From Deltaproteobacteria bacterium (GTDB taxonomy: Bacteria; JAGRBM01; JAHCIT01): 64,000 bases of DNA. The notes beneath the pieces are model-generated. The model ran no database searches. It was not told where the DNA came from and saw only the letters and a list, made by a program, of their open reading frames with translations. Below are positions 18,643-29,448 of the stretch, piece after piece. The stretch spans positions 1 through 64,000 of the forward strand of contig JAHCIT010000005.1 of assembly GCA_026129095.1 (NCBI GenBank). The letters are read 5' to 3'. The number at the start of each line of letters is the position of its first letter. Position 1 is the stretch's first letter. A program made the position numbers and the translations under genes.

Positions 18643-19944
18643 GTGTCCAGGCGGCGTGGAAAAGGCGAAGGTTCGATTGTCGAGCGAAGGCCCGGCCAGT
18701 GGCTGGCCGTCCTGACCGTCGGCATTGATGCGAACGGCCGCCGGCGGCGGAAGTACGTTTATGGAACGACCAAGAAGGCGGTTCAGGATAAACTGCTGGC
18801 GCTCCGGAGCGATGCCGCGCGGGGATTGATTGTGGCCACCGACCGGATGACGATTGCGGAATTCCTCCGCCGATGGCTCAAGGATTCAGCAAAACTCAGA
18901 TTGAGGCCCACGTCCTATGACCGGTTCGAATGGTTTGTCGAGAAGCAGATTCTGCCGCGAATTGGCGGGGTGCAGCTTACCGCACTAACGCCTGCCCACG
19001 TCCAGGCGCTTTATGCCTCTATGATTCGGGACAAGAAGTCTGCGCGCGCATGCCAGCATGTGCATGTGATTCTTCATTCTGCATTAAACGAGGCCCTGAG
19101 ATGGGGCCTTGTCTCCCGTAACGTCTGCGACGCTGTCCGGAGACCCCGGCATGTGAGCAAGCCTATCCAACCTCTGGATAAGGAACAGGTTCAGAAGTTT
19201 CTCAAACATACCCGCGGAAAGAGGCTTGAAGCGCTCATGATCCTGGCGCTGACCACAGGACTCCGGCAGGGAGAGCTTCTTGCTCTCGATTGGAAGGATC
19301 TGGACCTTGCCGCCGGCACGGTGAGTGTGCGGAAGACGCTTGTAGAGATCAAAGGGGAGTTCTCCATCGGTGAACCCAAGACCGCGCAATCGAACCGGCA
19401 GGTACGGCTGCCGGAAATCGCAGTGCAGGTTCTGAAGGTGCATAAGGAAAAGATGCTGGCCGAAGGGAACATCTCGGCACCGGTATTCTGCGACTCGGAC
19501 GGCGGATATATCCGCAAGAGCAATCTGCTTCGTCGGGACTTCCGGGGGATACTCAAGGCAGCGAAGTTGCCGATGATCCGGTTCCATGACCTGCGCCATA
19601 CGTTTGCGACACTGTCGATTGCCGAAGGCGTACCGATCAAGGTGATCCAGGAGGCGCTTGGTCATAGTTCCGTCACCCTTACGCTCGGGACCTATTCCCA
19701 TGTGCTTCCATCGATGCAGGAAGAGGCCGTCACGAAGCTGAATCGGCTGTTCGGAACGCTGGATTCCCAAGATAGGTTGTACTTAGGTTGTACGAAGGCT
19801 CCGGAGGGTGCCCCAGCGAAGAAGCGGGCTCGGAGAAAGTCCAAGGAAAAACAGGAAGTTAACGATGGTGGCTGGGGTGGGGGTCGAACCCACGACCTAC
19901 GGCTTATGAGACCGTCCGAGATGGGGTTCCACAGGTGGCAATGA
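18643..19944 (+). CDS. Tyrosine recombinase/integrase
   Basis: RRGKGEGSI arm-binding N-terminus; TGLRQGE, PKT, FHDLRHT, LGHS, TYSH catalytic residues. Confidence 0.95.
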   Translation: MSRRRGKGEGSIVERRPGQWLAVLTVGIDANGRRRRKYVYGTTKKAVQDKLLALRSDAARGLIVATDRMTIAEFLRRWLKDSAKLRLRPTSYDRFEWFVEKQILPRIGGVQLTALTPAHVQALYASMIRDKKSARACQHVHVILHSALNEALRWGLVSRNVCDAVRRPRHVSKPIQPLDKEQVQKFLKHTRGKRLEALMILALTTGLRQGELLALDWKDLDLAAGTVSVRKTLVEIKGEFSIGEPKTAQSNRQVRLPEIAVQVLKVHKEKMLAEGNISAPVFCDSDGGYIRKSNLLRRDFRGILKAAKLPMIRFHDLRHTFATLSIAEGVPIKVIQEALGHSSVTLTLGTYSHVLPSMQEEAVTKLNRLFGTLDSQDRLYLGCTKAPEGAPAKKRARRKSKEKQEVNDGGWGGGRTHDLRLMRPSEMGFHRWQ

Positions 19945-20047
19945 CGATCCAGAATCGTCTGAAAATCAATAGGTTGCATTGCTTTTGAAATCTGCTGGCG
20001 TCTGCTGAAACCACCTGTTTCCATGGATAGGTTGTACGGGGTTGCTC
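19773..20047. other. attP-like site: tRNA(CAT) 3' half flanked by arm-type repeats and an IHF box
   Basis: Minus strand 19911-19866 reads tctcataagccgtaggtcgtgggttcgacccccaccccagccacca; TAGGTTGTAC at 19773, 19784 and 20028; AATCAATAGGTTG (WATCAANNNNTTR) at 19964-19976. Confidence 0.85.
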
Positions 20048-20184
20048 ACGGCAGGGCGATACGGACCGATAAGGGCTCCCTCTGCGACTGTTGCTCATGC
20101 TCAGTGTAAGAACTTCCTCACTGCTGCGTCCTCCATTCCAGGGAAAGCCACTTATCTGGCACCCACAGACAGGAGTAATCGGAA

Positions 20185-22413
20185 ATGCCACGCGACCACA
20201 CTTTTCACCACACACACACACGCAGTAATGGCAACGACCACAATTGTCATGCTCATGGCCACGCCAGGCATTCTCCAGCCGTCACACCCGCCAAGTCTGA
20301 TTTTTACACCTGCCCAATGCATCCCGAAGTAGTGCAGGAAGGGCCGGGAAATTGTCCCAAATGCGGGATGGCACTGGAGCCAGTGACTATTGCTGTCCAG
20401 ACCGAAGAAAACACTGAATTCAATGACATGTCACGCCGGTTCTGGATCAGTCTAGCGCTGACGTTCCCCATATTTCTCCTCGCCATGGGTGAGATGATCC
20501 CCGGGCAATCATTGAGCTGGCTGTTACCGCCGCAACCGACACGCTGGATCCAGTTTTTTCTTGCTACCCCAGTTGTAATGTGGGGTGGCTGGCCATTTTT
20601 CGAACGGATGTGGACATCTTTTCGCAACCGTCACCTGAACATGTTCACCTTGATTGGCATTGGCACCGGTGCTGCATGGGGCTTTAGTGTAGCGGCATTA
20701 CTGGTTCCAGAAATGTTTCCGGCCGGATTCCGGGGACATAACGGAGAAGTTGGGATCTATTTCGAAGCAGCTTCTGTGATTGTTGTGCTTGTTTTGCTCG
20801 GCCAGGTTCTGGAATTGAAAGCGAGAGACCGCACAGCAGGCGCGATCCGGACGTTAATGGATATGGCACCCAAGGTAGCACGGCGCGTAGATCCAGATGG
20901 AACGGAAACAGATATACCCCTGGAGCAAGTTGCAACGAACGACATCCTCCGGGTGCGGCCAGGCGAAAAAATCCCCGTTGACGGGATCATCCAGTCTGGG
21001 AGAAGTTCAGTGGATGAAGCACTTCTTTCGGGCGAGTCCATTCCAGTTGAAAAGGGACCAGGAGATTCGGTCACCGGCGCGACCCTCAACGTAAATGGCA
21101 CATTTTTGATGCAAGCCAGGCAGGTCGGTTCAGCTACAGTTCTGGCCCGTATCGTGCAAATGGTTGGAGAAGCTCAACGCAGCCGTGCTCCGCTCCAGAA
21201 ACTTGCTGACCGGGTTTCAGGGATATTTGTTCCAGCAGTAATTGCCATCGCGGCGATTTCCTTTGCTATTTGGTCAATATGGGGGCCTCAACCTGCATAT
21301 GCATATGCGTTAGCCAGTTCGGTAACCGTGCTCATTATCGCCTGCCCATGCGCACTAGGCTTGGCAACGCCAATGTCAGTCATGGTAGGCGTCGGCCGGG
21401 GAGCGACGATGGGAGTGTTGATCCGAAATGCTGAAGCACTGGAGGCAATGTCCAAAATCGATACCCTTGTCGTTGACAAGACCGGAACACTGACCGACGG
21501 TCGGCCTAAACTGACAAGCATTGAGTCTCTCGGCAGTTGGAATGAGGAAGAGATTCTTCGTCTTGCTGCCGGGCTTGAATTGGGTAGTGAGCATCCACTG
21601 GCTGCATCTATCCTGGCAGCAGCAGAAGACCGGAAACTATCTCCGTCGCTGGTCAGCGGCTTCCAGTCAATCCCGGGGCAAGGCATAGTTGCTTCTCTGA
21701 ACGGAGAACCGGTCGTGCTCGGCAACACCAAACTGATGGATGCCCAGGGGATTGATGTGAATAGTGCAGGAGACCGAGCGAATACAATGCGCTCTCATGG
21801 ACAGACGGTAATGTTTCTCGCTGTCGCGAACCGCTTGCAGGGACTCATAGGTGTCGCTGATCCTGTACGTGAGAGTACTCCTGAGGCAATCCGGGCACTT
21901 CGTGAAGAAGGCGTGCATATTATAATGTTGACCGGAGACAGCCGGATTACAGCCAAGGCAGTCGCCAGTACGTTAGGAATTGACGAGGTATACGCAGAGG
22001 TTTCACCGGCCCAAAAGCATTCGGCAATAAAGCGACTCCAGGCTGAGGGGCGTAAAGTCGCCATGGCGGGCGACGGAGTAAATGATGCCCCCGCCCTGGC
22101 TCAGGCCCATGTTGGAATCGCCATGGGTAATGGCACCGATGTGGCCATGGAGAGTGCGGGAATCACCCTTTTAAAAGGGGACCTTCGAGGCATTGTCAAG
22201 GCACGCCGTCTTAGCCGGGCGACTGTGCAGAATATCCGACAAAACCTGTTTTTTGCCTTTATATACAATGCATTGGGAGTACCAGTGGCAGCTGGAGCTC
22301 TGTATCCCGCATTCGGCATTCACCTCAATCCCATGTTCGCTGCTGCCGCCATGAGTCTTAGCTCGGTATCGGTCATCGTAAATGCCCTGCGGCTCCGAAA
22401 GACGGCCCTATAG
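20185..22413 (+). CDS. copA: Copper-translocating P1B-type ATPase
   Basis: His-rich N-terminus, [38 protein letters not shown] and MSLSS (P1B-1 motifs). Confidence 0.95.
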   Translation: MPRDHTFHHTHTRSNGNDHNCHAHGHARHSPAVTPAKSDFYTCPMHPEVVQEGPGNCPKCGMALEPVTIAVQTEENTEFNDMSRRFWISLALTFPIFLLAMGEMIPGQSLSWLLPPQPTRWIQFFLATPVVMWGGWPFFERMWTSFRNRHLNMFTLIGIGTGAAWGFSVAALLVPEMFPAGFRGHNGEVGIYFEAASVIVVLVLLGQVLELKARDRTAGAIRTLMDMAPKVARRVDPDGTETDIPLEQVATNDILRVRPGEKIPVDGIIQSGRSSVDEALLSGESIPVEKGPGDSVTGATLNVNGTFLMQARQVGSATVLARIVQMVGEAQRSRAPLQKLADRVSGIFVPAVIAIAAISFAIWSIWGPQPAYAYALASSVTVLIIACPCALGLATPMSVMVGVGRGATMGVLIRNAEALEAMSKIDTLVVDKTGTLTDGRPKLTSIESLGSWNEEEILRLAAGLELGSEHPLAASILAAAEDRKLSPSLVSGFQSIPGQGIVASLNGEPVVLGNTKLMDAQGIDVNSAGDRANTMRSHGQTVMFLAVANRLQGLIGVADPVRESTPEAIRALREEGVHIIMLTGDSRITAKAVASTLGIDEVYAEVSPAQKHSAIKRLQAEGRKVAMAGDGVNDAPALAQAHVGIAMGNGTDVAMESAGITLLKGDLRGIVKARRLSRATVQNIRQNLFFAFIYNALGVPVAAGALYPAFGIHLNPMFAAAAMSLSSVSVIVNALRLRKTAL

Positions 22414-22511
22414 TGATGATCTCCGTTACGCGGACACTTTCCACAGGTTCACGCCTCCTTTGCCTAAGTGGACTTGCTCCCATTCTGAACAGCGATCAAA
22501 ATGGAAAAGGC

Positions 22512-22916
22512 ATGCGGTTAAAGAAGGCTATACCCGTCGCGCTGGTTGCGTTTTTCACGCTGCAGACAGCTGTCTCGCTTGCCTGTGAGCAGCGGTGCCA
22601 TCGTCCCCTACAAACCGTCAATGAGGTTGAAGTCGATGCCGATTTACCGCCCTGCCACCGGGGAGCCGCAACGCCGGACAACTCTCCGGTAGACAGCCAG
22701 CCCTGCTCCTTCAAGGGATGCATGGACTTGCGGTCATTGGATTCTTCCCACGCAAGCGCGCCGGTCAGTATTCCACTTTCAGGAATCATGATCGCCTTCC
22801 TGTCGTATGCTCCAGGAGTGGATACAAACAAGACTGCCGTTTTCAGCCAATATGCCGGCTTAAGCCCCCCGGCAACCGCGGCTCAAAATCTTGCCACGGT
22901 CATCCTGACACTCTGA
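22512..22916 (+). CDS. Small exported Cys/His-containing protein upstream of the cus operon (DUF2946/CutF-like?)
   Basis: Signal-like N-terminus, CEQRCH, PPCH, CSFKGC, C-terminal SPP plus hydrophobic end. Confidence 0.6.
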   Translation: MRLKKAIPVALVAFFTLQTAVSLACEQRCHRPLQTVNEVEVDADLPPCHRGAATPDNSPVDSQPCSFKGCMDLRSLDSSHASAPVSIPLSGIMIAFLSYAPGVDTNKTAVFSQYAGLSPPATAAQNLATVILTL

Positions 22917-23020
22917 TCTGTATGTAGTGCCGGTGCATTCTCGCGCCTGCATGTAGCCCTTCGTCGCATCCACCTGTTTCCGGCTCTGGAGCCTGCGTCC
23001 AAGTAACCTATTCTTGGGCG

Positions 23021-24430
23021 ATGACTCGGAGGCCTTGGCACGGCGAAACTGGTTCGCCGATGGATCTGGTCATGAAACCACTATCTTCTGTCAATAATCA
23101 TTTTTCCCGGTGCATCCGGCTTTCGGCCTTGCTGCTTGCCGCCGCACTGGGCTTTGCGGTTCCGGGGTTTGCTGCCCCCCCACCCGTTACGCTGGAGGCA
23201 CTTCTGGCAGAGGCCATCCGCGTCAACCCGCAGCTTGCCGCCGCCCGGTCAAGCGCAGAAGCAGCACAGCAGATGGAACACATCGAAGGCGCGCTGCCGG
23301 ATCCGGAGTTTGTGTTCCAGTACATGGTTACGCCCGCTGAAACCAGGGCTGGGCCGATTCGCTACCGCTTTGAACTGGAGCAAATGGTTCCCTTCTGGGG
23401 CATACGGGGCTTCCGCCGGGAGGCGGCACGAAAGGAGGCAAAGGCGATACGACTGGACTCGGTGGAACGTGAACTTGACGTACTGAGTGAACTGGCCGTC
23501 GCATTCCACGACTGGGATTACGCAGAAGCGGCGCTCAGGATCAACTTCAAAAACAGGGACTTGCTCAATCAGCTCCGCGAGCTGGCTGAACAGCTCTATG
23601 CCGCCGGACAGGTTCCACAAAGCGATACTCTCAAGGCTGTTGTGGAAATAGCCCGGGCCGATGTGGCCGATGCCGGGTTCCGGCGAATGTCGGAGACCGC
23701 TCAAGCGGAAATAAGCGCAATCCTGAACCGCCCGCTTGCCGTCAGCCTGGGCCAGCCGCTCACTGCGGATATGAACTACCCGGTACCAGATCTCGATTCA
23801 CTGGCCGCACGGGCACTTGTCCGGCGCCCGGATCTCCTGGCTGCCGAAGCGATGACAGAGGCCGAACAGGCGCGTCTGGACCTTGCGCGGCGTGAATACT
23901 GGCCAGACCTCAAACTCGGAGCCATGTATGCGCCCGTCAAGGGTGGAACCAACCCCACATTCATGGCTGACGGAGACGACGATTTCGCCATCAAGGCGGG
24001 CATCAACATACCGCTGCAAATCGGACGCCGCCGGGCAGCAGTCGCGGGCAGTACAGCCCGGCTGGAGGCACGCCGGCATGAGCGGGAAGCGCTTAAGGTT
24101 CAGTTGATCCATAAGATTCACGAGCGCCACGAACGGGTACGGGAAACGGAGGCCGTGCTTGATCTCTACCGGAGCCGGATACGCCCCGCTGCAGAGCTTG
24201 AGCTGGAATCAGCCAGGGAAGGATATGTAACCGGACGACTCGGCTTTATCGGCCTGCTCGACAGCCAGCGTTCCTATATAGGTGTCTTGTTTGAAGAAGC
24301 TGCCGCACGGCGCGATCACCGGCAGGAACTGGCCCGACTTTTCAGAACCGCAGGGCTGCTGCCGACAGGGCAGGAGCCGGCCGGGTCCGGCGAACCTCCA
24401 TCTACCCGCCTTGAAAGGAATCTCCCATGA
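23021..24430 (+). CDS. TolC-family outer-membrane efflux factor (CusC-like)
   Basis: Signal peptide, NPQL, ALPDP, RRPDL, YWPDL, NIPL; overlaps the adaptor start (ATGA); true start may be 23060/23072. Confidence 0.9.
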   Translation: MTRRPWHGETGSPMDLVMKPLSSVNNHFSRCIRLSALLLAAALGFAVPGFAAPPPVTLEALLAEAIRVNPQLAAARSSAEAAQQMEHIEGALPDPEFVFQYMVTPAETRAGPIRYRFELEQMVPFWGIRGFRREAARKEAKAIRLDSVERELDVLSELAVAFHDWDYAEAALRINFKNRDLLNQLRELAEQLYAAGQVPQSDTLKAVVEIARADVADAGFRRMSETAQAEISAILNRPLAVSLGQPLTADMNYPVPDLDSLAARALVRRPDLLAAEAMTEAEQARLDLARREYWPDLKLGAMYAPVKGGTNPTFMADGDDDFAIKAGINIPLQIGRRRAAVAGSTARLEARRHEREALKVQLIHKIHERHERVRETEAVLDLYRSRIRPAAELELESAREGYVTGRLGFIGLLDSQRSYIGVLFEEAAARRDHRQELARLFRTAGLLPTGQEPAGSGEPPSTRLERNLP

Positions 24431-25719
24431 AAACATTCATCGAAAAATACCGGACTCTCATCGGGAGCATGGCCATCGTCGCCGGCGGGCTCCTGATCTA
24501 CCTGTATCTGAACCCTCCAGCAGACACCTCTAGCTTGCATTCCCATGATGCGGGTCTGGAAACCCATGGCAGCCATGGTACGGTGACTCAGGCAGAACTG
24601 TGGACCTGCTCCATGCATCCGCAGATCCGTCACGATAAACCGGGTGCATGTCCCATTTGCGGGATGCCACTTGTACCGGTAACGGGCCAGGCCGCCAACA
24701 AGCTTGCTGTGGAAACCGATATTGTCCGGAGGCAGCCGCTTAACCGGGAAATACGGGCGGTCGGCAAACTCGCTGTCGATGAAACACGACTTGGATATAT
24801 CACGGCCCGCGTGGGCGGACGTGTGGACCGGCTTTATGTGGGTTTTGTGGGAGCCCCCGTCAGGAGAAACGACCCGCTCGCGGAAATCTACAGTCCGGAA
24901 CTGCTCGTCGCCCAGCGCGAACTGCTGCTCGCTGCCTCCAGGCCGGGCGCATCCGGACAGTTGCTGGAACTGGCCCGGACGAAACTCCGGTTATGGGGCC
25001 TGCTGCCAGCCCAGATAAGCGAAATTGAGGCATCCGGACAGCCCCGGACCCATATCACTCTTTTTGCGCCCCAGGCCGGAACAGTAATCGAAAGGAATGT
25101 TCTTGAAGGCCAGTACGTGAAAGAGGGTGATGTGCTGTTCCAGATTGCCGACTTGAGCACGCTGTGGCTCAACCTCGATATCTACGAAAGCGACTTGTCC
25201 TGGATACGAACCGGCCAGACAGTCGATATCAATGTTGAATCGTACCCCGGCGAATGGTTTTCGGGAACCGTCGCCTTTATTACACCGATGATGGATGACG
25301 CCACGCGTACGGTTCGGGTGCGCGTAAACGTCAGCAACCCGGATGGGCGGATGAAACCGCTGATGTACGCATCGGCGGTCATCCGTGTGCCGTGGAAGTC
25401 CGGAACAGAAAAATTGCCTCTGGCGGTTCGGGCCTCGGCAGTGCTGGATACCGGCACGCGCAAGGTTGTCTACCGGCAGACTCCAGACGGGAATTTTGAG
25501 CCTGTGGACGTAAAACTAGGCCCCCTGTCCCTGGGGGATGACGCGCAGTCCAGGCCCGGACGCTACTACCCAGTGATAGACGGACTCGGCGAAGGTGATG
25601 AGGTGGCCGTCCGCGGCGCTTATCTCATCGACAGCCAGCGGCAGATTGATGGATCGCCAAGCCTTCTGTACCCGGAAGGGCATGGCGGAACCCATGACCA
25701 TTCCCATCACGGGCACTGA
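24427..25719 (+). CDS. cusB: RND periplasmic adaptor with heavy-metal-binding domain (CusB-like)
   Basis: WTCSMHPQI..PGACPICGM, YSPEL, IADLSTLW, TRTVRVR, LIDS; His-rich C-terminus. Confidence 0.88.
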   Translation: MKTFIEKYRTLIGSMAIVAGGLLIYLYLNPPADTSSLHSHDAGLETHGSHGTVTQAELWTCSMHPQIRHDKPGACPICGMPLVPVTGQAANKLAVETDIVRRQPLNREIRAVGKLAVDETRLGYITARVGGRVDRLYVGFVGAPVRRNDPLAEIYSPELLVAQRELLLAASRPGASGQLLELARTKLRLWGLLPAQISEIEASGQPRTHITLFAPQAGTVIERNVLEGQYVKEGDVLFQIADLSTLWLNLDIYESDLSWIRTGQTVDINVESYPGEWFSGTVAFITPMMDDATRTVRVRVNVSNPDGRMKPLMYASAVIRVPWKSGTEKLPLAVRASAVLDTGTRKVVYRQTPDGNFEPVDVKLGPLSLGDDAQSRPGRYYPVIDGLGEGDEVAVRGAYLIDSQRQIDGSPSLLYPEGHGGTHDHSHHGH

Positions 25720-25738
25720 AACGCAGGGTATAAGAATC

Positions 25739-28700
25739 ATGAGCTATCTTATCCGCTGGTGTCTCGATAACCGCCTCCTCGTCGTCATACTGTCGGCGGC
25801 CATCCTCGCTGGAGGCTTTCTTTCACTCCGCCATCTTCCGGTCGATGCAATTCCCGACATCGGCGAAAAACAGGTGATCGTTTACGCCGACTGGCCGGGC
25901 CGTTCCCCCCAGGATGTCGAAGACCAGGTGACCTACCCGCTTGGCGTAAGCCTTCAGGGAACACCCGGTGTCCGCAACATCCGCACCATGTCGGGATTCG
26001 GCTTTTCAATGGTATTCGTCATTTTCCGGGATGAGGTGGACTACTACTGGGCCCGCTCACGGACGCTGGAAAGGCTCAGTGCCGCGCAATCCCGCCTTCC
26101 TCAGGGGGTGGTGCCCGTCCTCGGCCCGGATGCGACGGCACTGGGACAGATCTACTGGTACACGCTGGAAGCCGATGGCGCGAATCCGGCCCAGCTCCGG
26201 TCCCTGCAGGACTGGTACGTCCGCTACCAGCTCAATGCGGTCGAGGGTGTATCCGAAGTCGCAAGTGTCGGAGGATATGTCCGGCAGTACCAGATCGATG
26301 TGCATCCCGACCGCCTGCGGGCTCACCGGGTCACGCTTCCGGAGGTGTACGAGGCTGTTGTCCGGAGCAATATCGACGTCGGAGCCAAGGTGGTCGAGCA
26401 GAACGGGCTTGAATTTTTCATCCGGGGTGTCGGGTTTCTCAAAGGCATCGAGGATATTGAAAACATTGTGATCCGGCAGGAAGGCGGAACTCCCCTCCTT
26501 GTCCGGAATGTCGCACACGTCACCATGGGCCCGGATTTCCGCCGTGGCGGCCTGGACAAGAGGGGCCGGGAGGCAGTGGGCGGAGCCGTCACCATGCGGT
26601 ATGGCGAGAACCCCCTGGCAGTACTGGAACGGGTCAAGGAGCGGATCAGGGAGATAGAATCCGGCCTCACGATAACGCTTTCAGACGGCCGGCAGGTTCC
26701 GGTGCATATCGTCCCGTTCTACGACCGTAGCGCTATCATTCAGGAGACTCTCGATACACTGGCCAAGGCACTGACTGAGGAAGTGCTGGTTGTGGCCGGC
26801 ATCGTGCTGGTCTTCCTGCTGCACCTGCGCAGTTCACTCGTCATACTTCCCACGCTGCCGCTGGCGCTCGCGAGCAGTTTTCTCCTGATGTACTGGCTGG
26901 GCGTCGACGGCAACATCATGTCCATGGCGGGTCTGGCCATCGCGATCGGCGACATTGCCGACATGGGCATCATCATGACCGAGAACATCTACCGGCGGCG
27001 GCTCGAGGAACCGGACCGTCCCCATCTGGAGCTGGTCCGGGAAGCAGCGGCCGAGGTGGCGACCCCCATCTTCACGGCCGTTTCAAACACGCTGATATCC
27101 TTTATCCCTGTCTTTTTTCTTACCGACCAGGAAGGGAAACTGTTCAAGCCGCTCGCTTATACAAAGACATTCGCCATCGGTGCGGCCGTGGTATTTGCCA
27201 TCGTGCTGGTTCCAGTTCTTTCCTACTACCTGCTGAATCCGAAACGGCTTTCGGTGCGGGTTTCAGGCCTCGTGGCATCACTCACCGGGATAGCGGCCTC
27301 GATTGCATCGGGACTGCTGATTACCAGCTCACTCGAAGGCCGGGCCGGATGGACCGGCTGGCCGGCGGCCGCCGGTATCGGCGTGATTTCGGGTTTCATC
27401 GTTTACCGGCTGGGCCGCGAGCGCCTGATACCGGTGGATGACAACGTGGTATCACGCTTCATCCACGGTGCCTACCGTCCGGCGCTCCGGTGGGTACTCG
27501 CCCACAAGATGCTGTTCCTGATGCTGCCCGCCGGCCTCGTTGCCACCGGTTTCATGATTTTTGTCCGGACCGGGCGGGAGTTCATGCCACCTCTGGATGA
27601 GGGGTCCATTCTCTACATGCCATCCCTGCTTCCATCGGCGTCGCTGACCGAGGTACAGGCCGCACTGGCCAGGCAGAACGTGGCGATCGAATCGGTTCCG
27701 GAAATAGCCAGTGTCGTCGGCAAGTTCGGCCGCACCGATTCCCCCCTCGATCCGGCCCCGGTCAGCATGATCGAGACCGTGATCATGCTGAAACCAAAGG
27801 GACAGTGGCGGCCGGTCCCCGTCGAGCGGTGGCATACCGGAGTGCACTGGCTTTCCGTACTGCACCCGCTGCTAGACAGGGTGTGGCCTCCATACCGGGA
27901 TCGCACGAAGGAGGATATTCTCGCCGAGCTACAGGAAGTTACCGATATCCCCGGGGTGCTGCCGACATGGCTCCAGCCAATCCAGACGCGCCTTATCATG
28001 CTGCAGACCGGATTCCGGGCGATGATGGGGGTGAAGATCTACGGCTCCGACCTGAAGGAAATCGAGCGTATCGGACTTGAAATGGAGCAGATCCTGAAAG
28101 CGGTCCCCGGCGCGACCGACATCGTGGCCGACCGGATCATCGGAAAGCCCTATCTGGAGTATGAAATCGACCGCCAGGCCATCGCCCGGTACGGGGTCAG
28201 CGTTCGTGATGTACAGGACATCATTGAAATGGGCATTGGCGGCGAAAACCTTACGAGTACGGTCGAAGGCCGTGAACGCTATCCAGTACGCGTCAGATAC
28301 CCCAAGGAGTTGCGCGAGGATTTTGACAGCCTCCAGCGGATACCGGTTCCTGCCGCCACTGGCGCCCAGATTCCGATCTCGCAGCTTGCCCGCATACGGC
28401 ACCGGACCGGCCCACAGGAAATCAAAGGCGAAAACGGCCTGCTGGTCGGCTATGTGACGATGAATACCCGCGACCGGGACGAAGTGAGCGTGGTTGAGGA
28501 TGCCGAGCGGCTGCTTCGCGCCGAAAAGGAAAAAAGCGACCGCCTCCTCTCGGAAGGCCGGCCTGGAGAAGTCACGCTACACGTACCGCCCGGTTACCAC
28601 TGGGAGTGGGGCGGGCAGTTCGAGAATCAGCGCCGGGCGGCGGAGCGGCTCGCCGTGCTCGTGCCACTCGTCCTTCTCGGAATGTTCATCATGATCTATC

Positions 28701-29170
28701 TGGGCTTCGGGAAATGGTGGCTCGCCCTGCTGGTGTTTTTTTCCATTCTGGTCGCGGCTTCCGGCGGTTTTATTCTCCTGAACTGGTGGGGAGCGAACCT
28801 GAGCGTTGCCGTATGGGTGGGCTTCATCGTGCTGTTTGGCGTCGCCGATGACGACAGCGTGGTGATGCTCTCTTACCTGGAACGGAACTTCAGGGACCGG
28901 CGGGAAACAGGCAGTCCTGTTTCCCGCGAGGAAATCCGCGAACTGGTCGTCAATGCAGGGCTGAAGCGCATCCGGCCCTCGCTCATGGCACTTTCCACCA
29001 GCGTGATCGGGCTCCTGCCGGTGATGCTCGCGCAGGGACGCGGATCCGATATCATGCAGCCCATGGCAATCCCCAGCGTCGGCGGCATGGCGATACACGT
29101 CATTACCCTGTTTGTAACGCCGTGCATCTACTGCGCCGTGATGGAGCGAAAACTCCTGGGATCTCACTGA
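25739..29170 (+). CDS. cusA: CusA/CzcA-family heavy-metal RND permease
   Basis: DAIPDIGEKQVIV, LGPDATALG, LQDWYVRY, LFKPLAYTKT, EFMPPLDEG, RIRP, MQPMAIP; ATG 25739 follows the cusB stop. Confidence 0.93.
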   Translation: MSYLIRWCLDNRLLVVILSAAILAGGFLSLRHLPVDAIPDIGEKQVIVYADWPGRSPQDVEDQVTYPLGVSLQGTPGVRNIRTMSGFGFSMVFVIFRDEVDYYWARSRTLERLSAAQSRLPQGVVPVLGPDATALGQIYWYTLEADGANPAQLRSLQDWYVRYQLNAVEGVSEVASVGGYVRQYQIDVHPDRLRAHRVTLPEVYEAVVRSNIDVGAKVVEQNGLEFFIRGVGFLKGIEDIENIVIRQEGGTPLLVRNVAHVTMGPDFRRGGLDKRGREAVGGAVTMRYGENPLAVLERVKERIREIESGLTITLSDGRQVPVHIVPFYDRSAIIQETLDTLAKALTEEVLVVAGIVLVFLLHLRSSLVILPTLPLALASSFLLMYWLGVDGNIMSMAGLAIAIGDIADMGIIMTENIYRRRLEEPDRPHLELVREAAAEVATPIFTAVSNTLISFIPVFFLTDQEGKLFKPLAYTKTFAIGAAVVFAIVLVPVLSYYLLNPKRLSVRVSGLVASLTGIAASIASGLLITSSLEGRAGWTGWPAAAGIGVISGFIVYRLGRERLIPVDDNVVSRFIHGAYRPALRWVLAHKMLFLMLPAGLVATGFMIFVRTGREFMPPLDEGSILYMPSLLPSASLTEVQAALARQNVAIESVPEIASVVGKFGRTDSPLDPAPVSMIETVIMLKPKGQWRPVPVERWHTGVHWLSVLHPLLDRVWPPYRDRTKEDILAELQEVTDIPGVLPTWLQPIQTRLIMLQTGFRAMMGVKIYGSDLKEIERIGLEMEQILKAVPGATDIVADRIIGKPYLEYEIDRQAIARYGVSVRDVQDIIEMGIGGENLTSTVEGRERYPVRVRYPKELREDFDSLQRIPVPAATGAQIPISQLARIRHRTGPQEIKGENGLLVGYVTMNTRDRDEVSVVEDAERLLRAEKEKSDRLLSEGRPGEVTLHVPPGYHWEWGGQFENQRRAAERLAVLVPLVLLGMFIMIYLGFGKWWLALLVFFSILVAASGGFILLNWWGANLSVAVWVGFIVLFGVADDDSVVMLSYLERNFRDRRETGSPVSREEIRELVVNAGLKRIRPSLMALSTSVIGLLPVMLAQGRGSDIMQPMAIPSVGGMAIHVITLFVTPCIYCAVMERKLLGSH

Positions 29171-29189
29171 TTCTTCTCCACTGAAAATA

Positions 29190-29316
29190 ACCGAGGTTGG
29201 CCGTGCCGCCGCCAAACAGGATCGGGTCCCTGGCGAGCCAGCGGCCGGTCCTGGGGTCGTAGTCCCGCGCCCCGAAGCGGTACAAACGCGTGTCGGGGTC
29301 GTGCAGCCCGCCCGCG
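29190..29316 (-). pseudogene. Rhs repeat-associated core fragment
   Basis: AGGLHDPDTRLYRFGARDYDPRTGRWLARDPILFGGGTANL. Confidence 0.88.
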
Positions 29317-29448
29317 CAGGGCGCCGCAGGCTGAAAGGAGAGAACAACGAAAACAGGAACAGAAGAATTGACGCACCAGCAGGAACAAAATTATTAACCG
29401 ATCTCAGGGAAAAAGCGAAACTTTCAGGACACTACCACCATTTATACG

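Noticed and set aside
19866-19940. Complete tRNA-Met/Ile2 gene
   Set aside because: Anticodon arm, T-arm and CCA are present but the 5' acceptor strand and D-arm are missing.
23037-23051. Sigma-54 promoter upstream of tolC (TGGCAC)
   Set aside because: No TTGC-like -12 element at the required spacing.
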